Positions 18,548 to 27,890 are shown, numbered from the stretch's first letter. The stretch is 60,164 nucleotides of DNA from Patescibacteria group bacterium (GCA_021731295.1 JAKFXQ010000014.1:1-60164); one strand, 5' to 3'. The notes: generated by a model not told the origin, from the sequence alone. Made by a program: numbers and translations.

Positions 18548-18922
18548 ATGAATGACACGGGGCAAATTGGCGAGGACATTGCCTGCAAGTACCTAAAGCA
18601 GAAAGGGTATGCGATACTCCATCGCAACGTAAGGCGTCCGTGGGGAGAGATCGACATTATCGCGGAACTTGGAAGTGTCGTTCACTTCATAGAGGTCAAA
18701 TCAAGCGCGGCCGACCTTTCACGTGAAAACATTTCACGTGAAAGCTCGACGAACCCGCTAGAAAGGGCGACGGAGGCGAAAATGGCCAGGGTGGTGAGAA
18801 CTGCACAGCTGTACATGGACGAGCACAAGGACAGCAGGGAATTCGTCATCGATGCACTGTCCGTGCTCGTTGATGCTGGCTCTAGGAGAGCTCGATGTGA
18901 ACTGTTCGAGCAGGTACTATAA
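18548..18922 (+). CDS. yraN: YraN-family (UPF0102) endonuclease-like protein
   Basis: 124 aa. [21 protein letters not shown]...GEIDIIA......FIEVK, the typical YraN motif order. Confidence 0.85.
   Translation: MNDTGQIGEDIACKYLKQKGYAILHRNVRRPWGEIDIIAELGSVVHFIEVKSSAADLSRENISRESSTNPLERATEAKMARVVRTAQLYMDEHKDSREFVIDALSVLVDAGSRRARCELFEQVL
18717..18743. repeat. Two tandem TTTCACGTGAAA palindromes (copies 2 and 3) inside yraN
   Basis: TTTCACGTGAAA at 18717-18728 and 18732-18743, encoding the duplicated peptide [10 protein letters not shown]. Confidence 0.8.
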
Positions 18923-18991
18923 ACACAAAACGAGAAAATAGTGTATAGTTCCTGCTGTTCTGGTAGCAGTCATATAAATCGAGCCTCGTTT

Positions 18992-19062
18992 CGGGACGTC
19001 GTATACTGGCAGTACGCATGGTTTGGGACCATGTAGACCGGGTTCGATTCCCGGCGTCCCGA
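18992..19062 (+). tRNA. tRNA-Pro (anticodon TGG), no encoded CCA
   Basis: Acceptor CGGGACG/CGTCCCG, anticodon stem CATGG/CCATG with loop TTTGGGA, T arm CCGGG-TTCGATT-CCCGG. Short D arm, 71 nt total. Confidence 0.75.
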
Positions 19063-19074
19063 AAGGAGACTTGA

Positions 19075-20178
19075 TTAGGGCAGGGCGGCCTCGAGGAAGG
19101 AGCCGGCCTCTGCAACAGCTGCGGCCGCAGCCGGACTGGACGGTTCACGTGAAAAGTCCTCAAGCGAAATGCCAATTGCTTCGCGCATGGACCGATCGAT
19201 ATGCGCCGTTGATATGGCGCGAAGTTCACGTTCGGCCGTGTTTGCGCCTTCTGTGCGTGTTGTTATGACGCCAATGAGAAAACCCCAGGCGTTCACGACC
19301 GCGCCACCGGAGGAGCCCTGTTGGGCTAATGGGTTTGAACCAATGGAGAACGCATCCAATGTTTCGCCAACAAACGTGTATAGGCCCTGAACACTCGAAT
19401 AGGCTGAGAGGGCATTGAGTGACCTCTGAATCTCACTTCCTCGTATAAATTCGGCCGGATACGCTCCGAGAACGACACCACCAAAGACGGCTTCTTCGCG
19501 ACTGTCGAAAGGGAGGTGAGGTAGCGGGGTTGTTTCGTCGCGAACGACACGTAATATCGCAAAATCGTCCTCACCGGTCCCTGTGGGCCGATTTTGTGTG
19601 ATGGACGAGGCGTACTTCTTGGCCCACGCAGGAGGGAAGTAGACGGTCTCAAGATGCCATTCAGCCAAGGCTGGTGAGCCAATACGCGCCACACAGTTAA
19701 CGGACGCACCGACTTCTTCCAATAGGACGTTCTGTCCTATATGAGCGTTGGTGAGCACTAGCCCGTCAGGACTAATCATGATGCCGCTTCCGCTAGTAGA
19801 GCGCAGCGGGGGAGTGCCGTAACAGAGAATGTTCACAAGCGCTGCGCGCATGTCGGTATTGATATCCTCGTAAGCCCGCACAGGAGTCGAGTAGGCTAAC
19901 AGAGCGTTCGACACTGTCTGTTCGGGCTCTGGTGCGGGAATTGGCAACGGAACCTCAGCGACAGGAGTCTCCGTGATTTCTGGCTCGCGCATGAGCATCT
20001 CAGCCGGTTCGGCTTCTACGGCAATCTCCGTAGACGTTGCAATAGACTCACCATCTACTGCGCTCGGCGTCGTAGGAAGTCCCAAAGGAGGGGGGAGAGC
20101 ATGCTCTACGTGCGGGAATGCAACAAGAGCCGCTACGAGAGTCGAAAGTACAATGAGAACACCCAACGAGCGACCCAT
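19075..20178 (-). CDS. Secreted trypsin-like (S1C/HtrA-like, no PDZ seen) serine protease
   Basis: 367 aa. N-terminal signal/anchor LGVLIVLSTLVAALVA. Catalytic-triad contexts LTNAHI, DFAILRV, QQGSSGGAV. Confidence 0.85.
   Translation of the reverse strand: MGRSLGVLIVLSTLVAALVAFPHVEHALPPPLGLPTTPSAVDGESIATSTEIAVEAEPAEMLMREPEITETPVAEVPLPIPAPEPEQTVSNALLAYSTPVRAYEDINTDMRAALVNILCYGTPPLRSTSGSGIMISPDGLVLTNAHIGQNVLLEEVGASVNCVARIGSPALAEWHLETVYFPPAWAKKYASSITQNRPTGTGEDDFAILRVVRDETTPLPHLPFDSREEAVFGGVVLGAYPAEFIRGSEIQRSLNALSAYSSVQGLYTFVGETLDAFSIGSNPLAQQGSSGGAVVNAWGFLIGVITTRTEGANTAERELRAISTAHIDRSMREAIGISLEDFSREPSSPAAAAAVAEAGSFLEAALP
19144..19153. repeat. Palindrome TTCACGTGAA (copy 4), inside the protease gene 3' region
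   Basis: GTTCACGTGAAA at 19143-19154. The 10-bp core is identical to copies 1-3. Confidence 0.7.
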
Positions 20179-20179
20179 G

Positions 20180-20250
20180 TGCGGGATAGGGGGATCGAAC
20201 CCCTGTCCTCAGTTTGGAAAACTGATGTCCTACCATTGAACGAATCCCGC
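20180..20250 (-). tRNA. tRNA-Gly (anticodon TCC), no encoded CCA
   Basis: The reverse complement folds as follows. Acceptor GCGGGAT/ATCCCGC, anticodon stem TCAGT/ACTGA with loop TTTCCAA, T arm AGGGG-TTCGATC-CCCCT, discriminator A. Confidence 0.85.
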
Positions 20251-20280
20251 GTGGCTCCAGTCTACACGACCGTGCATAAA

Positions 20281-20310
20281 CACAAAAGCCCGCGATTGCG
20301 GGCTTTTGTG
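20281..20310. terminator. Intrinsic terminator hairpin downstream of hup
   Basis: 13-bp stem CACAAAAGCCCGC / GCGGGCTTTTGTG with A/T runs on both sides. Confidence 0.8.
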
Positions 20311-20323
20311 AAGGTCAGAGGAC

Positions 20324-20599
20324 CTATTTGATTGCGTCCTTCAGGGTCTTGGATGCCCGGAACTTCGGGACCCGCATTGCCTTGATCTGGATCATTTCGC
20401 CCGTGCGGGGGTTCCGACCGGTGCGGCCAGCGCGAGTCTTAGCCTCAAAGATGCCGAGACCAGCGATTGAAACTTCTTCACCGTTCTTGAGATACGTGGT
20501 GACGGCATCAATCATCGATTCGACAGCACGTTCTGCGTCAGCCTTCGTGCCGCCGAGAGTCGCCTGGACCTTCTCTACCAAATCCATCTTGTTTGCCAT
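20324..20599 (-). CDS. hup: HU-family DNA-binding protein
   Basis: 91 aa. MANKMDLVEKV...GLGIFEAKTRAGRTGRNPRTGE.I.I....PKF. Confidence 0.95.
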   Translation of the reverse strand: MANKMDLVEKVQATLGGTKADAERAVESMIDAVTTYLKNGEEVSIAGLGIFEAKTRAGRTGRNPRTGEMIQIKAMRVPKFRASKTLKDAIK

Positions 20600-20675
20600 A
20601 GTGTGTGCGCTAAACGAGTAAGCGTTTACCTAACGGTTCGACCTTATGGCCATTGTGGCCCTTCTACCCAAGGTG

Positions 20676-21566
20676 TCAACGGATGCTAGAGCGAGGACGT
20701 GAATAGCGCTTTTTGTCTACTTTGGTCTCGAAACGGGCTCGGAACGGACTTTTCGCGTAGGTGCCGAGGATGGTTAGTTTTCGCGCGTAGTAGCGAAGCT
20801 CATCAAGCGCGATGTGTACCGCGTCAGAATCCGGGTGTCCCTCGAATTCGACGTAGAACGATGCTTCCTCGTGTCGTGTCATCGGCACGAAACTTTCCAG
20901 TTTTATTATGTTTACTCCTGCGGTCGCGAAACCACCAAGGGATTTAAATAATGCCGCAGGAACATCGCGCGTCGCATAGACGATGCTCGTTATGACGTCG
21001 GAGTGCGGGGCGGTATACGGGCGATTTTTGGTAAGCACGAGAAATCGTGTCACGTTGTCCGCGCGGTCCTCGACATTCTTCTGCAGAACAATGGCAGTTT
21101 TATGTCGCTTTGCCGCGGCGGATGAGGCGAGCGCAGCGTACGCAGGATTCTTCTCCGCAACAATATGGTCGACAGCGCCGGCTGTATCCCCAAAGGGAAC
21201 TGGTTCAGCGCGCAGCTTTCGGATATACGCGCGACATTGCCCAAGCGCCTCACGATGGCTATATATATGGCGAATATTACGGAGCACGGTGCCGCGATGG
21301 GCGATGAGGCAGTGGTGAATAGGCAGAAAGTGCTCACCAACTATGGTGAGACCACTTTTCGGGAGCAGATGATGGAGGTCAGCAACTCGACCGGAGGTTG
21401 AATTCTCTATGGGAAGCAGCGCGTAGGCGACGTCGCCTGCTTTGAGAGCGGCAACGACGTCGTCGAAGGTCGGATAGCCTATCGCCTGTGCGGCAGGGAA
21501 GTATTCAGCGACGGCAATGCTCGAGTATGCGCCGGAAACGCCTTGGTACCCGACCCGCAGCGCCAT
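20676..21566 (-). CDS. pheA: Prephenate dehydratase (PDT plus ACT domains)
   Basis: ORF trimmed to MALRVGYQGVSGAYS... (ATG at 21566, 1 nt from the rny stop). NVTRFLVL motif and a C-terminal ACT-like region. Confidence 0.85.
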   Translation of the reverse strand: MALRVGYQGVSGAYSSIAVAEYFPAAQAIGYPTFDDVVAALKAGDVAYALLPIENSTSGRVADLHHLLPKSGLTIVGEHFLPIHHCLIAHRGTVLRNIRHIYSHREALGQCRAYIRKLRAEPVPFGDTAGAVDHIVAEKNPAYAALASSAAAKRHKTAIVLQKNVEDRADNVTRFLVLTKNRPYTAPHSDVITSIVYATRDVPAALFKSLGGFATAGVNIIKLESFVPMTRHEEASFYVEFEGHPDSDAVHIALDELRYYARKLTILGTYAKSPFRARFETKVDKKRYSRPRSSIR

Positions 21567-21567
21567 A

Positions 21568-23097
21568 TTACCGCGCGAACTCAATAACGCGGGTTTCCCG
21601 CATGACGGAAATCTTGATTTCCCCTGGGTACTGCATGTCGCGTTCAATCTGGTCAGCAATGTCACGGGCGAGCTTGCGTGCCTCGAGGTCTGAGATAGCT
21701 TCTGGCTTCACAATGACGCGAACTTCACGTCCCGCAGAGATAGCAAAGCTCTTCTCTACGCCCGGGTGCTGGTTGGCGATGGCCTCGAGCTCTTCCAAGC
21801 GCTTAATGTAGTTTTCAACAGAGTCACGACGTGCGCCGGGCCTGCCGCCGGAAATGGCGTCCGCCACCTGCACAATCATGCTCTCGGGCGTTTCGTACGG
21901 GTATTCTTCGTGGTGCGCCTGCATTGCCTTGATGACGCGTTCGTCTACGTTGAACTTCTGCAGGATACGGCGACCAATCTCCACGTGCGTGCCTGGAACC
22001 TCATGGTCCACGGCCTTGCCGATGTCATGGAAGAGGGCGCCAGCGCGAGCAATAGCTGGGTCTGCACCCAACTCTTCAGCGAGCATGCCCGCGAGATGGG
22101 ACATCTCAACTGAGTGGTCGAGTACGTTCTGGCCATAGCTGGTGCGGAAGTAAAGGCGGCCAAGAATCATGAGGAGCTTCGGGTCGATGTTACCGACGCG
22201 AGCCGCATACGCTGCTTCTGCACCCTTCTTTTTGATGATGTTGTTGATTTCCTGCTCTGCCTTGGCAACAGACTCCTCAATTTTTGCCGGCTGGATGCGA
22301 CCATCCAAAATAAGGTTCTCAAGGGCGATGCGCGCAATCTGACGGCGCATAGGGTCGTAGCATGAGAGGGTAATAGTGCCCGGTGTGTCGTCCACGATGA
22401 CGTCAACACCCGTTGCCTTCTCGAAGGTACGAATGTTGCGACCCTCCTTACCAATGATTTTGCCCTTAATTTCATCATTAGGCAGACTGATGGTGGTGGC
22501 GAGCACGTCCGAAACCACAGAATTACCGAGACGATGCACGGCTGTAGTCAGGATTTCGTTGGCACGCTTCTCAAGTTTCTCCTCGCCGCTGATTTCCAGC
22601 TTGTGCATGCGCGACTCCAAATCCTGCTCGTAGCGCTGCTCCATGGTCTTGATGAGCTCGTTTTTTGCTTCCTCGGCGGTCAGTCTTGCAACCGTTTCGA
22701 GCTTTTCTTGCTGGGCCTTGATGGCGGTTTCCAAGGACTCCTTCATCTTAGCGACATCTTCCTGTTTCGTGCTCAAGTTTTGCTCTTGGGAGTCAAGATT
22801 GACCTGGCGCGTATCCAAGAGCTCTTCTTTACGGACCAAACGCTCCTCTGTCGTCTTGAGCTGTTTTTCGCGGTCTTTCTGTTCAGTAGTGAGCTGAGCT
22901 TCCTTTTCCTTGGCGCGAGCTTCAGCATCTCCGATAATTTTTTTTGCGTCGACTTCAGCATCAAGCATCATCTGCTTGATTTCGAGCTCCATGGACCCCT
23001 TCTTGCCAAGGGAGATTATCCAGCGGAGGAAGTAGCCGAACGCTATGCCTGCAACGCCCGAGAGGGCGACGAGGACAAAGGCTAGTTTTAATGACAT
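21568..23097 (-). CDS. rny: Ribonuclease Y
   Basis: 509 aa. N-terminal TM, long coiled-coil, KH domain (GKEGRNIRTFE), HD domain (LFHDIGKA). Confidence 0.96.
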   Translation of the reverse strand: MSLKLAFVLVALSGVAGIAFGYFLRWIISLGKKGSMELEIKQMMLDAEVDAKKIIGDAEARAKEKEAQLTTEQKDREKQLKTTEERLVRKEELLDTRQVNLDSQEQNLSTKQEDVAKMKESLETAIKAQQEKLETVARLTAEEAKNELIKTMEQRYEQDLESRMHKLEISGEEKLEKRANEILTTAVHRLGNSVVSDVLATTISLPNDEIKGKIIGKEGRNIRTFEKATGVDVIVDDTPGTITLSCYDPMRRQIARIALENLILDGRIQPAKIEESVAKAEQEINNIIKKKGAEAAYAARVGNIDPKLLMILGRLYFRTSYGQNVLDHSVEMSHLAGMLAEELGADPAIARAGALFHDIGKAVDHEVPGTHVEIGRRILQKFNVDERVIKAMQAHHEEYPYETPESMIVQVADAISGGRPGARRDSVENYIKRLEELEAIANQHPGVEKSFAISAGREVRVIVKPEAISDLEARKLARDIADQIERDMQYPGEIKISVMRETRVIEFAR

Positions 23098-23295
23098 ACG
23101 CGTGGGTTACCCACGCCAATCTCTAATCGTTCTCGATATTCCTATTCTGTGGCTGAAAACCGTGATTTTCTAGGCATGTCGTGCGATTCAGATTCTTGGC
23201 AGTGGTGACAAACATATTTTTAGTAAGGTGTAAACGCAGTATAAAGGCTTGACCCCCGGGCCACAAGGTCCGGGGGTCTTTGCACGCTTTGGGGC

Positions 23296-23496
23296 CTAGA
23301 AGCGTAGGCGCTTCGAGACCCAATACAGGAATTCAAGAACCGGCGCTCCGACAATGATGCCGAAGCCCAGTAGTGCAGCGACGATGCCGGGGGTTTGTAG
23401 GGCTGCTATTGGCACGGCGAAACCTGCGCTGAGCAGGAACATACCAACGACAACGACCCCACACCCGAGCGGAATCAGAGAATTCATCACCCTCAT
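23296..23496 (-). CDS. Small hypothetical membrane protein (two predicted TM helices)
   Basis: 66 aa. GAGGAGG lies 6 nt upstream of the ATG on the minus strand. Two hydrophobic segments. A hairpin at 23251-23278 lies downstream. Confidence 0.6.
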   Translation of the reverse strand: MRVMNSLIPLGCGVVVVGMFLLSAGFAVPIAALQTPGIVAALLGFGIIVGAPVLEFLYWVSKRLRF

Positions 23497-23567
23497 TCGT
23501 AGCCTCCTCTGTGCGGCGGCATCCTACCGTGAAGTGACGCAATAGGGAAGTGCGAGCTAGTCTTCGC

Positions 23568-24176
23568 TTAGTCGAGTACTTTGTCGATGATGCCGTACTT
23601 TACAGACTCTTCTGATGTCATAAAGAAGTCACGGTCCACATCGGATTCGATTTTCTTCAAGTTCTGGCCGCTGTTTTTTGCGAGAATCTTATTGAGGCGT
23701 TCGCGGGTTGCGATGATGTGCTTGGCGGTGATTTCAATGTCTGATGCCTGACCTTCGGCTCCGCCTGATGGCTGATGAATCATGACTTCGGCGTTCGGGA
23801 GCGCAAAACGCTTACCTTTCTGTCCTGCCGAGAGAAGCACGGCGGCCATGGATGCGGCGATGCCGACGCAGACTGTCGAGACGTGCGGCTGGATGTGATT
23901 CATCGTATCCAGAATCGCGAGACCGGCTGAGACGTGACCACCAGGGGAGTTGATGTAGAAGGAGATGTCTTTCTTCGGATCCTCGGAAGCGAGGAATAGA
24001 AACTGCGCGACGATGAGGTTCGCGACGTCGCCATCAATTGGACCACCTAAGAAAACTATGCGCTCTTTTAGAAGGCGCGAATAAATGTCATACGCGCGTT
24101 CGCCCATCGAGGTCTTCTCGATAACCATCGGGACGAGCATGCTACTGCGAGTGTTTTTGTATTCCATACGGCGCAT
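23568..24176 (-). CDS. clpP: ATP-dependent Clp protease proteolytic subunit
   Basis: ORF trimmed to MRRMEYKN... (24176; alternative 24167). [15 protein letters not shown], catalytic Ser context [16 protein letters not shown]. Confidence 0.93.
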   Translation of the reverse strand: MRRMEYKNTRSSMLVPMVIEKTSMGERAYDIYSRLLKERIVFLGGPIDGDVANLIVAQFLFLASEDPKKDISFYINSPGGHVSAGLAILDTMNHIQPHVSTVCVGIAASMAAVLLSAGQKGKRFALPNAEVMIHQPSGGAEGQASDIEITAKHIIATRERLNKILAKNSGQNLKKIESDVDRDFFMTSEESVKYGIIDKVLD

Positions 24177-24243
24177 CGTATCAGAAAACGATTTATTTAA
24201 AACTAACATCCGATATGCGCCCATTGGGTTGCGCAGGTGTCTG

Positions 24244-25452
24244 CTAGTTGTCACCTCGAACACGTGGGCGGCCACGGGAATCGTCATTAGATTCATTTTC
24301 AACCTCGCGCTCGTTCTCATCCTCGTCTTTAGCATCATTCATGTTTCGCGCACTGTCGGCGTATGCTTCACGCGCATCAATGGCGATGCGTACCGCACTG
24401 TTCCACAGCGCAGAGGCATCCAAGACGTTTCCATCAGTGTGTGCGATTTCCGCGTTCGCAAACGCATCGCGCGCACTCTCCACCCCTGCAACGAGTATCG
24501 CGATGTCGCGTAGGTTCTTTCGTTTCTCGGCAAGCTTCTCTTCGCGCACAATCAGTTTCTCTAACGTTGCGATGCGTTCCGCAGCGGCTTTCTTCTGACG
24601 CTGTAATGCTTTTTCTGAAATCGCTGGCGCAGTGCGTTTCGCGTTTGGTGCTGCCGACGTTTCCACAGGTTCAGGCGCGGCTGTTTCCATCGCCAGTGTT
24701 TCGACGACTGGTTCCGCCGCCATCATGAGTGTTGGTGCATCAGCGGAACGCATGGCCACATCGGCACCCGCGTTCGCCGGCGCTTCTGCGGTCATCGCGA
24801 ATGTCGCGGAAACGTCGGCATCTTCGACGACGCCCGTAGAAAGCAACAACGGATCAAACTGTTCATCATCTTGCACGCCGCCGAACTCGCCGGGTGCGAC
24901 AAGTGCTTCGTGCGCACGCAGAACAGCGACGACACGACGCTCAACATCGCGGCCCGTCTCGCGCGTGATGCTCGCGGCCTCTGCTTCCTGCACATGGCTG
25001 TCGAGTCGTGCATCAATTTCTTCGCGAAGCGTTTGATCGACGTCGCCGCGCGCGGTTAGGGTCTCGAGTTCTGCGATGCGTCGTTCAGCACGCTCAACAG
25101 CAACGTCAGCTTTCTGTGCCGGAGTCGCTAGTGCCAAGCGCACCTCTTCGTTCACGTTCACTTTGACGGAGTAGAGCGCATCACCGGGAAGTGCAGACTC
25201 GGCAGCGCCGACCATGGAGACGCCGGAGAGTACGACAATAAGGAAAGACGCGATGATGGGCATCGGATTAAAAAGAAATGCAAACCGCGAGACCGTGCTT
25301 TTCTGTTGCGCAGGGTGCATCGCCATATAACGCATGACAAACTCGCGTCCGCGGTCGCGCTCTTTTTCCGACATGCGGAGCATGGTCGCGGAGCGCACAC
25401 GTGCGCGGACATCGGCGTCTTTATGTTGTGTGAACCAGTCAGTAAATTTCAT
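24244..25452 (-). CDS. DUF5667-like membrane protein, putative anti-sigma factor
   Basis: 402 aa. Its start ATG overlaps the sigma-factor stop (ATGA at 25449-25452). TM helix at ~60-85, then the [10 protein letters not shown] motif and a long helical Ala/Glu/Arg-rich ectodomain. Confidence 0.6.
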   Translation of the reverse strand: MKFTDWFTQHKDADVRARVRSATMLRMSEKERDRGREFVMRYMAMHPAQQKSTVSRFAFLFNPMPIIASFLIVVLSGVSMVGAAESALPGDALYSVKVNVNEEVRLALATPAQKADVAVERAERRIAELETLTARGDVDQTLREEIDARLDSHVQEAEAASITRETGRDVERRVVAVLRAHEALVAPGEFGGVQDDEQFDPLLLSTGVVEDADVSATFAMTAEAPANAGADVAMRSADAPTLMMAAEPVVETLAMETAAPEPVETSAAPNAKRTAPAISEKALQRQKKAAAERIATLEKLIVREEKLAEKRKNLRDIAILVAGVESARDAFANAEIAHTDGNVLDASALWNSAVRIAIDAREAYADSARNMNDAKDEDENEREVENESNDDSRGRPRVRGDN

Positions 25453-25970
25453 AGCGCGAGATTGAGTTTTTCCCTTAGGGCCTTGATGCCGCGGTGCAGT
25501 CGGACGGATACGACATTCTCCGAAAGAGCGAGGATTTTAGCTATTTCACGGGGTGGAAGGTCTTCGGTGAAACGGAGCAATATGACGTCGCGATAGGTTT
25601 CATCCATCTCCATGATAGCCGCATGGGCACGCTTGAGATCGATGATGTCTATCTTTGTCTCCGCGCTCTCGTCGACAATGGTGAAGTCATGGTCTTCGAC
25701 CAACTGATCGAGTGAGACAGACTTCTTCTTGCGGTACGTGTCCACGATGAGATTGTACGCAGTGCGGAAAAGGAATGGCTTCCAATCCTCCACATGGTTC
25801 CCCTTGCGTGCATAATCCCATGCTTTCGCAAAGGTTTCCTGCATCAAATCGTGCGCGAGTTCGCGGTCCGAAACTTTCAAGGCACAGAACCTAAAAATGG
25901 CGTCCCCGTGCGATTCATACGCCGCGAGAAACGCGCTCTCAACCCCTGCACCTGTAGACGAACGGCTCAT
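25449..25970 (-). CDS. ECF-type RNA polymerase sigma-70 family factor
   Basis: ORF trimmed to MSRSSTG... Region 2 (FRTAYNLIVDTYRKK) and region 4 HTH (EIAKILALSENVVSVRLHRG). Confidence 0.88.
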   Translation of the reverse strand: MSRSSTGAGVESAFLAAYESHGDAIFRFCALKVSDRELAHDLMQETFAKAWDYARKGNHVEDWKPFLFRTAYNLIVDTYRKKKSVSLDQLVEDHDFTIVDESAETKIDIIDLKRAHAAIMEMDETYRDVILLRFTEDLPPREIAKILALSENVVSVRLHRGIKALREKLNLAL

Positions 25971-26070
25971 GGAATCATTACAGGGTAGGCGAGAGCGGGC
26001 ATCCCCGCAAGGCTGGCGTTTGGGCATTCGGGACGTATACTCACGGACATACTACTCTAGCCCAACGTCT

Positions 26071-26652
26071 ATGATGAAACTGCTTATTGGCCTCGTCGTC
26101 GCAGCGCTACTCGCCGTCGGGTTCTGGGTCGCCATGAGTCCAAATCAGAATGCAGATAGTATGCTCCCTGCTGATGAAACTGCGCCAGTTACTCAAGAAG
26201 CAAACGAGCCAACGAGTCAACGGGGTACGTTTGCCTCACTCTTTGGCATGTCTGGTTCGTTCAAGTGCACCGTAACGTCTGAAAACCCAAATGGTTCGGC
26301 GGAAGGTGTCGTCTATGTCCGCGACGGCAACGTGCGCGGTGAGTTCAACACGATGTCGCAAGCGGGCGCCATGACTGCGTACATGATTAAAGATGGTGAC
26401 GTTGTGTACTCGTGGTCGTCCGCGATGCCGATGGGCGTGAAAGCAATGGCCTCCGCAATGGAGTCAGGCGCGAGCGACACGCCGATGCAAGATACACAAG
26501 TCTTCGATGCAGGCGCGAGCGTTGATTACTCGTGTGAGCCGACGACAATTGACGCGGCAATGTTTGTTCCGCCAACGAACGTTGAATTTATGGACATGAC
26601 TGCCGGCATGCCGTCGATGCCTGACTTGTCGAAAATGAAGCAAATGCAATAA
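26071..26652 (+). CDS. Hypothetical anchored or secreted Met-rich protein
   Basis: ORF 25897..26652 trimmed to MMKLLIGLVVAALLAVGFWV (ATG verified at 26071). No known motif. Confidence 0.6.
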   Translation: MMKLLIGLVVAALLAVGFWVAMSPNQNADSMLPADETAPVTQEANEPTSQRGTFASLFGMSGSFKCTVTSENPNGSAEGVVYVRDGNVRGEFNTMSQAGAMTAYMIKDGDVVYSWSSAMPMGVKAMASAMESGASDTPMQDTQVFDAGASVDYSCEPTTIDAAMFVPPTNVEFMDMTAGMPSMPDLSKMKQMQ

Positions 26653-26668
26653 CGCGCACTGCACAAAA

Positions 26669-26696
26669 GAAAACGGGCCCACGTGGGCCCGTTTTC
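26669..26696. terminator. Bidirectional intrinsic terminator
   Basis: 12-bp stem GAAAACGGGCCC-ACGT-GGGCCCGTTTTC between convergent genes. Confidence 0.85.
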
Positions 26697-26712
26697 ATTT
26701 TCCACCCTCGGA

Positions 26713-27801
26713 TTATTTCGCGTCTGGAGTGCGTGTCTCCAACCATTCCAAGACTGCTTCATTTCGCAGCGCGTGCGCGATGTGTGTGCGCAGCATCGCA
26801 TCGTCAGCGTCCGCATAGTGCTGTTTCGCTTGTGCGAATTCACGATCAACTCGCACGCTGTCCGCTTCTATCTTTTCCTTCCGAGCAATCTCCGAAAGTA
26901 CGAGACGCATTTTCACGCGCTTATCAGCCGCATCTCCCCATGCACCACGAAGTTCCTCACGCGTCTTTTTCGTTTCCGCAAGATACGCGTCATACGTTTG
27001 TCCGAGGCGCTCCAAATCTTCTTTGAGACGGGCTTCCATGTCATCGAGTTCGTACTCTTTCAGCACTGTAGGATATTTAATCTTCGCACCAGTGACCAGC
27101 GCATCAATGATGAGCGTGCGGTGTTTCGATGTCGCCTGCACCTGCTTCTCGTGTTGAATCTGCTCGCGGACGCGTGTCGCAAATTCTTCCGTTCCGGCGA
27201 GACCCAATGTTTTTACGAACTCATCATCGAGCTGCGGCAAATCGTCCACCGCGTGCGCGCGTGCTTTTTCTGCTGCTGCCTGTGGAGCCTCACCGGCATC
27301 AATGGCCTCCATGCGCACACGTTCGCGACGGAAGTGCATCTCTGCTTCTTTGTATTCGTCGTCAGACACTGACACCGTCTCACGCGTTTTATTCTGCGCG
27401 ATAGCAATCGCGACGTAGTCGGGGACCTCTGTCGTTGGTGCCAGTGGCGCACGCGCAGTGAAGGTAAGTGGCTCGCCCGCGACAACTTTTTCAATCGCGA
27501 CGCGTGGCGTGTCCACGATGTTCACGGTGTGGGCCGCAAGAATTTCCGGAAGAAAGTGACGCACTGCATGTTCGGCGGTGTGCTCAAGAATATATGGTTC
27601 GCCGTACGCGCGAACAATCTCACTTTCGGGCACGTGACCTTTGCGGAACCCCTTGAGCTCCGTCGTGCGCATCAGCTCCTTAATGACATGCTCGCGCTCG
27701 TGCACGAGTGCTTCGGCGTCTAAAGTAGCCTTAACCTCCGCCTCCCAGCGGGATTCATCAGTGGTAATAGTGACATTGGAAACGTGTTGCATGCGGCGCA
27801 C
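26713..27801 (-). CDS. tig: Trigger factor (short form, apparently no PPIase domain)
   Basis: 362 aa. The ribosome-binding N-domain has the GFRKGHVP signature, followed directly by a helical C-domain-like sequence. The start may be Met4 (27792). Confidence 0.75.
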   Translation of the reverse strand: MRRMQHVSNVTITTDESRWEAEVKATLDAEALVHEREHVIKELMRTTELKGFRKGHVPESEIVRAYGEPYILEHTAEHAVRHFLPEILAAHTVNIVDTPRVAIEKVVAGEPLTFTARAPLAPTTEVPDYVAIAIAQNKTRETVSVSDDEYKEAEMHFRRERVRMEAIDAGEAPQAAAEKARAHAVDDLPQLDDEFVKTLGLAGTEEFATRVREQIQHEKQVQATSKHRTLIIDALVTGAKIKYPTVLKEYELDDMEARLKEDLERLGQTYDAYLAETKKTREELRGAWGDAADKRVKMRLVLSEIARKEKIEADSVRVDREFAQAKQHYADADDAMLRTHIAHALRNEAVLEWLETRTPDAK

Positions 27802-27890
27802 TCTAGCATGTATGTTCGCGGGCTCAAGCGGGGAGACAACGACAGCGCGCCCCTTGTGGGGCGCGTGTGGGGGAACAATGAACGGGGAGG

